A stretch of DNA of 64,000 bases. Origin: a virus. Taxonomy: Duplodnaviria > Caudoviricetes. Below are positions 20,426 to 28,020 of this stretch, one piece after another. The number at the start of each line of letters is the position of its first letter. Positions within the stretch are counted from its first letter, which is position 1. The notes below the pieces were generated by a model. The model was not told the origin of the DNA and searched no databases. It worked only from the letters and a program-made list of their open reading frames with translations. The stretch is from positions 1 through 64,000 of the IMG/VR virus record IMGVR_UViG_3300031867_000006. One strand, 5' to 3'. A program made the position numbers and the translations under genes.

Positions 20426-20995
20426 ATGGCTATTAATAAAGGAACTTTAGCCAAGAAGATTGACGGTGTGATGGAATACATTTATCCAAAGACATCTGCT
20501 GATCAGGTCGTTACTGATCCAACACGTAATACTAGACTTCCTGAAACGTTAGGTGGTAAAGCAAACGCTCCATCATTTATAGAGACAGTATTATTAGCCA
20601 GTAATTGGGTCGAGGGTACTATCTATAATGAAGTTACTCCTAATGGTTCTGAGAATCCGTCTACTAGCGGTTGGTATGAACTGAGTAATGATACGTATAC
20701 TGCATCTTCAGATACAACTGTAAATAATAATAAAACGTATTATGCTCGGGGTTCGAAATATACTTATCAGCTGCCATATCATAATAACTATAGAGTGACT
20801 GTTAATGCATCTAAATATGCTACTCTGCAGGAGTTCTTCACTTTCGTTAATGGTATGATAGTCGGCGATTCTGATAATAATATACTTACCGCGCTTGGAT
20901 CACTTCCGGGAATAAATATCCACGTACTCTTAGAAGTGAGTAAGATAGCTGAGAATCCATCAGCTTCAGATACATATGTAGAACCAAATTCATAA
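20426..20995 (+). CDS. Tail fibre-associated protein
   Basis: MAINKGTLAKKIDGVMEYIYPKTSADQV; C-terminal LASNW...LTALGSLP.INI.V; ACA-N6-TAA at 20362. Confidence 0.65.
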   Translation: MAINKGTLAKKIDGVMEYIYPKTSADQVVTDPTRNTRLPETLGGKANAPSFIETVLLASNWVEGTIYNEVTPNGSENPSTSGWYELSNDTYTASSDTTVNNNKTYYARGSKYTYQLPYHNNYRVTVNASKYATLQEFFTFVNGMIVGDSDNNILTALGSLPGINIHVLLEVSKIAENPSASDTYVEPNS

Positions 20996-21010
20996 AGGAG
21001 GTAAATTACA

Positions 21011-21622
21011 ATGGCTATTAATAAAGCTACTCTTGCAAAAGAGATAGACGGAGTCATCGAATATATCTATCCTAAAACTTCCGGCGATATAGTTGTATAC
21101 GATGATACTCATTCAGTATCAGCAATGATCTCAATGCTTAGAGCTACTAAAGTCGACCAGATTGAAGGTATGGGATTATCTTCTAACGACTTTAGTAATG
21201 CTTATCGTGATAAGCTCGATAGTATTGAGAGGGGTGCTACCGTAACCAGGACTGATGAGAATCTCAACGCAACTTCAAGTAACCCTCCGGCTAACTCAGC
21301 TGTTACTGGAGCTATGTTGAATAAGCTTGAGAGTAAGCATACGTATATTAATTATACACTGAGAGCATCTGGATGGACTCAGGATGGCTTCTATATGATT
21401 GAGAATGAGTATCCTACATCGGATTATCTTGTTGGTCTCATGGTAGGTCCTATGAATAATGATCAATACGAGGCTTTCTCTGCTGCACATATCATTGGAT
21501 CTGAGCTTGATACAGAAAGCAATTACTTCAAGGCTATTGGTGAGATTCCCGACATTGATATTCCTGTAATATTCGATATTCGTAAGATTACACCTGACGT
21601 TCTGCCTTCGAGTACACACTGA
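21011..21622 (+). CDS. Tail fibre-associated protein, paralog of 20426-20995
   Basis: MAINKATLAKEIDGVIEYIYPKTSGD; KVDQIEGMGLSSNDFSNAYRDKLDSIE fibre-type repeat. Confidence 0.7.
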   Translation: MAINKATLAKEIDGVIEYIYPKTSGDIVVYDDTHSVSAMISMLRATKVDQIEGMGLSSNDFSNAYRDKLDSIERGATVTRTDENLNATSSNPPANSAVTGAMLNKLESKHTYINYTLRASGWTQDGFYMIENEYPTSDYLVGLMVGPMNNDQYEAFSAAHIIGSELDTESNYFKAIGEIPDIDIPVIFDIRKITPDVLPSSTH

Positions 21623-21668
21623 TAATTAAGTTAGTCTGACCAACTAACTTTATAGGAGGATAATAAAA

Positions 21669-22235
21669 ATGAACAATAACTTACCTGAGGGGACTGTATT
21701 TAGGAATATAAAGCGTTTTAAGGGTTCCAGCGTATTTGGTAAACGTATAAATTTCCCGTTTAATACCGAATTCGTAATTAATGATGATGGTTATCTTTGT
21801 CATAAAGATAAAGATGGGAAATGGTTTGCTGTATGCCATAAGGAATCTGAGAATGCTTATAATATAATCCTTCCAAAGTACCCAGATGAATCCGAAGAGG
21901 ATTTCCAAGAGAAAGCTAGCTTATATAAAGCTATCAAAGAGAAGACTACCGGAGCTTCATATACAGATCCTGGAAGAATCTCAGTTAAAGATGATGCTTA
22001 TAATAAGCTATTTGCTGATGAAACTTGCTATAAGTTTAGAAAACTTAACGATGAGTTTGATCATGAGAATTGGAACTGGGATAGAACCAAGCTTCAGGAG
22101 GCATCTCTTGAAGATTTGCGCCACATGTGGGATGTTATTAAGGATGCTTGTGAAAGAGTAATTCCTATAAATACAGTACCGAAAGAAGAGTTACTAAAAC
22201 AGTCAAAAGATCAGCAACAATCTATGATGATCTAA
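21669..22235 (+). CDS. Hypothetical protein of the fibre/DGR module
   Basis: 188-aa ORF with RBS; from memory, KRFKG...SENAY...WNW....ASLEDLRHM resembles genes beside DGR fibres in Clostridia prophages (unverified). Confidence 0.55.
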   Translation: MNNNLPEGTVFRNIKRFKGSSVFGKRINFPFNTEFVINDDGYLCHKDKDGKWFAVCHKESENAYNIILPKYPDESEEDFQEKASLYKAIKEKTTGASYTDPGRISVKDDAYNKLFADETCYKFRKLNDEFDHENWNWDRTKLQEASLEDLRHMWDVIKDACERVIPINTVPKEELLKQSKDQQQSMMI

Positions 22236-22265
22236 TAATAAAAATTTATAAGGAGGTATATACAG

Positions 22266-22553
22266 ATGGCTGATACAAAAGGTATTGAGTTCACTAGCGA
22301 ACAGGCCCAGCGTATCTGGGATGCTATTGGAGCAATTAATCAGCAGATGTGGGAGCTCAGAAAAGACGTAGATCGTATTTCTGAAATGCGCCATAGTGTT
22401 TCCACAGTAGGTATTGATGAAGCTCAGGAAGCTATCGCTGAGCTCGGCGTTATAGTCCTTGGTGATGGAGAGATCCCCGAGGAGGCGGAACCTACAGAAG
22501 AGGGTGGCGGTGAGGAAGAACCTTCCGAAGAGCCTGTTGAGCCCACAGAATAA
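22266..22553 (+). CDS. Small coiled-coil protein, possible fibre chaperone
   Basis: DEAQEAIAELG coiled coil, acidic tail, RBS. Confidence 0.55.
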   Translation: MADTKGIEFTSEQAQRIWDAIGAINQQMWELRKDVDRISEMRHSVSTVGIDEAQEAIAELGVIVLGDGEIPEEAEPTEEGGGEEEPSEEPVEPTE

Positions 22554-22570
22554 TATAGGAGGTACTGATA

Positions 22571-22696
22571 ATGGTTAAAATTTATTATAACAGAGTAAAA
22601 TCTGGAGCATGGACTATTGAGCAGGTTCCTTCTAAGTATAGGGAAGCTGTAAGGAAAATGCTTGAAGCAGACAGTAGCATGCCGACTGGCGAATAA
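22571..22696 (+). CDS. 41-aa small protein (CD1375/XkdX-like)
   Basis: Not in ORF track; GGAGG RBS; MVKIYYNRVKSGAWTIEQVPSKYREAVRKMLEADSSMPTGE. Confidence 0.7.
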   Translation: MVKIYYNRVKSGAWTIEQVPSKYREAVRKMLEADSSMPTGE

Positions 22697-22717
22697 TATA
22701 GAAAGGAGATAAAGTAA

Positions 22718-25465
22718 ATGCCTACATTAGTTAATATGGGCGGCGGTGCTACATCATTAGCATCTATTATACGTAGCATTAAAGTTACGCAGCAGCCTAA
22801 CAAAATGATATACGCAATGAATGAAGCGTTCGACACTACAGGTTTGCAGGTGTCCGCATTCTATGCGATGGGTAATAGTTCTGAAATCACAAACTGGACG
22901 ACTAGCCCTGCAGATGGCGATCCGATTACTACTAATCCCACAACGGTTACAGTATCCGCTAACGACGACAAGGGAAATGAGCATCATGTTACTTTCCAGG
23001 TTGTTTGTAAGTATGTAACTGGTATCGCTGTTACAACACCGCCTAACAAGACAAAGTATAAGGTTGGTGAGAATCTTGACACTACAGGCATGGTAGTTAC
23101 GGCTACATACTCTAATGGCGATACCGCTATTGTAACACCGGTAGTTTCCGCTAATGGACAGCCTGTGGCTAAGGGAACCTCATCGTTCAACATTTCTTAT
23201 ACTCAGGACGGTGTGACTGTAACGACCTCACAGGATATCACTGCAATATATCCTACAAGCTTATCGGTTACTTCTGTACCGACAAAGACTAAATATAAGG
23301 TTGGCGAGACATTCGATGATTCTAATATGATCGTAACAGCAATGTTCTCAGATAGCTCTACCACAGAGGTAGTTACAGCATCTTGTGCTTATGATACTAC
23401 TACTCCGTTTGTAAAGACGGATGATGCAGTTGCTATCTCATATACAGGATATGGTGAGACTGTTGCAACCTCCCAGGCTGTTACAGTTATTTACCCGACT
23501 TCTATTGCAGTTTCTACTGGATCTGCTAAGAGTAAGTATAAGGTTGGTGAAGCATTTGATTCTACCGGTATGGTTGTTACCGCAACATTCAGTGATAATA
23601 TAACTACTGAGGACGTAACAGCTTCTTGTACTTTGAGCCCTGATAATGGAGATACTCTTACAAAGAGTGCTACAGAAATTGCTGTTTCTTATACAGGATA
23701 TGGCGAGACTTGCACAACCACCCAGGCTATCACAATGATCTGGCCTACGAGTTTGTCGCTTGCAACCGCACCTACAAAGACCAAGTATAAAGTTGGAGAA
23801 ACCTTTGATGGTACTGGCATGACAGTTACCGCTACATTCAGTGATGGAACTACGACTGAGAATGTGACTTCATCGGCTACGTATGATAGTTCGACTGCAC
23901 TTGTTAAGGGTGCGACCACACATGCTATCGAGTACACAGGATACGGTGAGACAGTATCTTGCAACGCTAATATTAGCGTAATTTATCCTACATCGATTGC
24001 TGTTACAACAAATCCGACTAAGATGTCTTACGCCGGTGGCGAAGCTCTCAATCTCTCCGGAATGGTTATTACCGCAACATTCAGCGATAACTCTACTACG
24101 GAAGTTGTTAACTACACATCCTCTTCACCCGCAAATGGGGCTACACTTGCAGCCGGACAGAACACCAGAACTGTTACTATCACTTATACAGGATATGGCG
24201 AGACTTGCACAACATCCTTCGATGTATCTATGGTTTATCCTACAGCGGTTGCTCTTAAGTATACACCGGCAAACAATAATAGCTACATCGCAGATCAGCA
24301 GTTAGATCTTACTCCGTCTTCCGGTACAGTTACTTATACTATCACGTATAATAATGGATCTACATCTGATGTAACCAGCGGTGTAACTGTAAGTCCTGCT
24401 ATTGGCACGCAGCTTACTTCCAGCCATACTAAGTATACCCTGTCCTACACAGGTGGTGGCACAACTGTAACACATGATTACGACTTAACCATTAAGTATG
24501 TAACTTCTATTGCCGTTACCACAGAGCCGACTAAGAAGACTTACTTCTCCGGTGAATCGTTTGATAAGACTGGTATGGTTGTTACAGCGACATATTCTGA
24601 TAGTTCCACGGGGACCATTAGCAATAATGCTATTTCTATCACTCCTTCTGGAGCATTAAGCACGAGTAATTCGTATGTGACTATTAGTTATACCAATAAT
24701 GGTACCGCTCATACGACTACACAGTCTGTTACAGTTACTAACCCTATTGTTTCATGGGCTACTGGTACAGGCGCAGAGATCAAACAGATGATGGATGCTG
24801 TTGATGCTGGACAGATTACCCTTGCTGGTACTACATGGGCTGTTGGTAATGAAAGATCAGTACATCTTGCCGGTAACATTAATGAAGACGTTAAGTTTGT
24901 TGTTGAGGATATCGGTGGAACTACATCTGGTGGTACTGCGTATCATTTTGCCGTTGGTCAGAAAAATGGTTTATCGGCAACTCGACAGATGAATTCATCG
25001 GATACAAACTCCGGCGGGTACAACTCATCAGCAATGAAGACTTTTATTGAAGGTGATTATCAGACAGCACTTCAGAATGCCACTACAGGTAACTTCTGGG
25101 AAGCTGTAAAATCAGCAACACATAAATCGCAGATTTATAGCAGTGGTCTGCAGAGTACAACCGCGAAGGTTATTTTACATTCAATATTTGAAACTAATTC
25201 AAATAACACATTCTATAATAACAATTCGTGGAGTCAATATATGCCAGATGAAACTACAGCGAATGGGTTCCATCAATTTGAATGGTATAAGACCTCTGGA
25301 AACCGTATTAAGAAGCAAGGTGAGTCAGGCAGCGCGAATTACTCTTGGTCACGCTCAGCCGATACGGGCTACAGCTACCACTTCTGGCATGTTTATACAG
25401 GCGGTACAGCCACCGGCAGCACCGCGTCCAACAGTCTTCTGGTGGCCCCGTTCTGTGTCCTCTAA
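22718..25465 (+). CDS. DGR target protein: eight bacterial Ig-like (Big_3-type) repeats plus C-terminal C-type-lectin/DUF6273-like variable domain; likely receptor-binding fibre/adhesin
   Basis: Repeats SIAVTT.P.K..Y..GE.FD.TGMVVTAT(Y/F)SD; C-terminal W.RS...V...G.....A.....VAPFC encoded by the VR. Confidence 0.9.
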   Translation: MPTLVNMGGGATSLASIIRSIKVTQQPNKMIYAMNEAFDTTGLQVSAFYAMGNSSEITNWTTSPADGDPITTNPTTVTVSANDDKGNEHHVTFQVVCKYVTGIAVTTPPNKTKYKVGENLDTTGMVVTATYSNGDTAIVTPVVSANGQPVAKGTSSFNISYTQDGVTVTTSQDITAIYPTSLSVTSVPTKTKYKVGETFDDSNMIVTAMFSDSSTTEVVTASCAYDTTTPFVKTDDAVAISYTGYGETVATSQAVTVIYPTSIAVSTGSAKSKYKVGEAFDSTGMVVTATFSDNITTEDVTASCTLSPDNGDTLTKSATEIAVSYTGYGETCTTTQAITMIWPTSLSLATAPTKTKYKVGETFDGTGMTVTATFSDGTTTENVTSSATYDSSTALVKGATTHAIEYTGYGETVSCNANISVIYPTSIAVTTNPTKMSYAGGEALNLSGMVITATFSDNSTTEVVNYTSSSPANGATLAAGQNTRTVTITYTGYGETCTTSFDVSMVYPTAVALKYTPANNNSYIADQQLDLTPSSGTVTYTITYNNGSTSDVTSGVTVSPAIGTQLTSSHTKYTLSYTGGGTTVTHDYDLTIKYVTSIAVTTEPTKKTYFSGESFDKTGMVVTATYSDSSTGTISNNAISITPSGALSTSNSYVTISYTNNGTAHTTTQSVTVTNPIVSWATGTGAEIKQMMDAVDAGQITLAGTTWAVGNERSVHLAGNINEDVKFVVEDIGGTTSGGTAYHFAVGQKNGLSATRQMNSSDTNSGGYNSSAMKTFIEGDYQTALQNATTGNFWEAVKSATHKSQIYSSGLQSTTAKVILHSIFETNSNNTFYNNNSWSQYMPDETTANGFHQFEWYKTSGNRIKKQGESGSANYSWSRSADTGYSYHFWHVYTGGTATGSTASNSLLVAPFCVL
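25333..25459 (+). repeat. DGR variable repeat (VR)
   Basis: 127-bp ungapped match to TR with 18 mismatches, 17 of them at TR adenines. Confidence 0.97.
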
Positions 25466-25472
25466 TGTCTGA

Positions 25473-25558
25473 GCGAAGCGAAGGAGCACGAAAGTGCGAC
25501 TGGTAGCGTAGCGGATTATCCTCGACGGCGTCTATCATAAAGCCGTCGAGGATTTTTT
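25473..25558 (+). promoter_or_regulatory. Post-VR hairpin cluster and terminator
   Basis: GCGAAGC (25473-79), GCAC-GAAA-GTGC (25486-97), GCGTAGC (25506-12) and a 12-bp stem ATCCTCGACGGC/GCCGTCGAGGAT (25518-53) followed by a T-run. Confidence 0.75.
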
Positions 25559-25584
25559 AAATAAACAATTTTAATGAAAGTGGG

Positions 25585-26202
25585 GTGATTTATGTGTCGG
25601 TACCGGCATATAAAAGACAGTTATCATGTGTAGAGTATATAAATAGTGCTATGCAAATGGCTGCTTTATGTACAACTATGTATAATAAAGTTCCGCAAAA
25701 ATATAAATACCCGTTTGAACAGATGTTAAACATGTCTTACGATGCGTTATATCATCTAGATATGGCTAATAATACTAATTATAGAGAAACTAGCTTTGTT
25801 AATGATTATCTGTTTAAACGAAATAATATAACTTATGGTAAAGAAGAAATAAGAACTATAGGTTGTATTGCTGAGATTAATTTTGGTATTCTCGAAGCAA
25901 ATAATGTATTAAAGAAAAGAAACATTACTCACTATAGAGAAAATGTTGGAAGGATAGTTGATACTGAACTAAAAACTGCAAATGGTGTATTAAACTATCA
26001 TGCTAAGAAATTTAGAAATAAAATGAATGATTTGGGTATGACGATACAACAGGTTAATTCATACCCGCAAGCAATTAATGGTACAGGATTAAATGCGGTA
26101 AATCAATACATAAAAACCGCACCAATGAAAACCCAATTGGTTCCAAAGAATAACAACAATAAAGTAAGTATGTGTAAAATAATAGATAAAAAATCTGCTT
26201 AA
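25585..26202 (+). CDS. avd: DGR accessory variability determinant (Avd-like) with C-terminal extension
   Basis: Sits between VR and TR; helical, basic; SVPAYKRQLS.VEY N-terminus of the type seen in Firmicutes-phage Avd-like proteins. Confidence 0.7.
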   Translation: MIYVSVPAYKRQLSCVEYINSAMQMAALCTTMYNKVPQKYKYPFEQMLNMSYDALYHLDMANNTNYRETSFVNDYLFKRNNITYGKEEIRTIGCIAEINFGILEANNVLKKRNITHYRENVGRIVDTELKTANGVLNYHAKKFRNKMNDLGMTIQQVNSYPQAINGTGLNAVNQYIKTAPMKTQLVPKNNNNKVSMCKIIDKKSA

Positions 26203-26303
26203 TTTACATACTATGGTTATGAATCGTTGATTGTTCTGTTTGTGTTTCAGTCCCTTAGCTGTTCGCTGCAGTTCCCGTCTTTGGTTGACTCCAGGGTATT
26301 CTT

Positions 26304-26430
26304 CGCGAATAACTCTTGGTCACGCTCAGCCAATACGAACAACGGCAACAACTTCTGGAATGTTAATACAGACGGTACAGCCAACAACAACAACGCGTCC
26401 AACAGTAATCTGGTGGCCCCGTTCTGTGTC
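26304..26430 (+). ncRNA. DGR template repeat (TR)
   Basis: AAC/AAT-rich copy of the VR (39 adenines, 15 AAY codons in target frame) between avd and RT; the spacer to 26755 is probably part of the DGR RNA. Confidence 0.95.
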
Positions 26431-26755
26431 GGCGCTATGCATAGTGCATGTATTATGATGGACTATACTTGTTATAGTTTGACGCGAGTATGCGATTATC
26501 AACCGCGAAAGCAAATTCATTTACCTTCATGATGCAGGGATGACTAACCATGTTTACATTCTTTGGAATGCAAATGAACAGATGCCGTGGATTGGCGGTC
26601 ATTATGGTATTCCATACTCCTCGCCTCTTAAGTGATATGTGTTATCATTCACGGCAACCCATAGTCGGGTTTTCAAAACATAGACTATGTATCACATGGG
26701 CATCACGCTCATGTGGGTATTTACCGCTTTATTATAAGATAGGGAAGTAGTAACA

Positions 26756-28000
26756 ATGAGTTACGCAAATTATATTGATCCTAAATATAGGATTCCTTTC
26801 GAATATGTAGCTAATTTTGAACCGATGTATAATGCATGTTATGAATGTCTTACTGGAGTTATGTGGAAAGCCAGTGCTCAAAATTTTTGTTTTAATTTAG
26901 ATCAAATAGCATATCAGCTATCAATGGAATTATTATATGGTATTTATAGGTCTAATGGATTTTCAAATTTTAAAATAAATGAGAGGGGTAAAATTAGAGA
27001 TATTCATTCGGTTCATATAACAGAAAGAGCTGTCCAAAAATCATTAGTTCAAAATGGATTAAGACCCATTATAGCACCTAGATTAATATCTGCTAATTGT
27101 GCTACTCTTCCGGGAAGAGGAACAGATTATGCTTTAGATTTATTAAGAATTCATTTATTTAATCATGTAAAAGAACATGGTCTTGAAGGTGGAATTCTTA
27201 CTATGGATTATCATGCTTATTATGATTCTGTAGTTCATAGTATATTACTTAATGACCTTAGACAAATAATCTGGGATGATAGAATATTCATGCTTTCGCA
27301 GTATTTCATCGATATGTTTACTAATATGGAGGCTGTATCTAAGCATGGATTTGCGTATAACCAAGTTGCTCAAGAAATAGTTGCTGAAACTCAAGAAGAG
27401 TCAGTTAGTACATGTAATGAAGATGAAGAATATATGCTTGAGAAATTTGGGCCTAGAGGATTGGGTCTAGGCTCAGAAATATCGCAAATTACGGCAATAT
27501 TTTATCCAAATCCAATAGATCATTATATAAAAGAACAACTTAGAATTAAAGGCTATGCTAGATATATGGACGATAGCTATCTTATATCTAACGATTTAGG
27601 ATATCTAAATTATTGTAAAGATGTAATAACTGATATGTCACTTAAAAGAGGATTAGTATTTAATCCAAATAAATTAGTTATTACTCCATTTAAAAGCGGA
27701 AAGGGTAATTCATTTGTTTATTTAAAGAAGCACTGCCATTTCACAAATACCGGAAAATTAATTATGGAAATATCAGATAAAGCTATAACTAAACATAGAC
27801 AACAACTTCTTACGCAGTATGAGTTATTCATACGTGGCAGGATGACTATAGATGAAGTTTATCAATCATTTATGTGCTGGAGAGAATCTGTTAAGAAATA
27901 TAACTCAAGAAATTCATTATTTGATTTAACTCAATTATTTTTCTATTTATTTAGAGGTTATATAAATCCAGTAATGAAGGATAAACTAAATAATATCTAA
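26756..28000 (+). CDS. DGR reverse transcriptase
   Basis: ERGKIRDI, ERAVQ, GRGTDYA, MDYHAYYDS, GLGLGSEISQ and YARYMDD motifs; adjacent TR/VR pair. Confidence 0.95.
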   Translation: MSYANYIDPKYRIPFEYVANFEPMYNACYECLTGVMWKASAQNFCFNLDQIAYQLSMELLYGIYRSNGFSNFKINERGKIRDIHSVHITERAVQKSLVQNGLRPIIAPRLISANCATLPGRGTDYALDLLRIHLFNHVKEHGLEGGILTMDYHAYYDSVVHSILLNDLRQIIWDDRIFMLSQYFIDMFTNMEAVSKHGFAYNQVAQEIVAETQEESVSTCNEDEEYMLEKFGPRGLGLGSEISQITAIFYPNPIDHYIKEQLRIKGYARYMDDSYLISNDLGYLNYCKDVITDMSLKRGLVFNPNKLVITPFKSGKGNSFVYLKKHCHFTNTGKLIMEISDKAITKHRQQLLTQYELFIRGRMTIDEVYQSFMCWRESVKKYNSRNSLFDLTQLFFYLFRGYINPVMKDKLNNI

Positions 28001-28020
28001 TCACTGAGACATCAAAGTAA

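Larger units (their letters stand above)
22718..28000 (+). mobile_element. Diversity-generating retroelement (target-VR, avd, TR, RT)
   Basis: All four components are present in order, with adenine-specific TR/VR differences. Confidence 0.95.

Noticed and set aside
22760-24750. Periodic repeats as a possible CRISPR array
   Set aside because: Repeats are degenerate, in frame and encode Ig-like domains; no unique spacers or cas genes
26227-26532. 101-aa ORF spanning TR that resembles the target C-terminus
   Set aside because: It is the TR read in the target frame; TTG start with no RBS; TRs are commonly stop-free in this frame
26756-28000. RT as a group II intron, retron or Abi RT
   Set aside because: No maturase or endonuclease domain; the adjacent TR/VR pair with adenine-specific differences identifies a DGR
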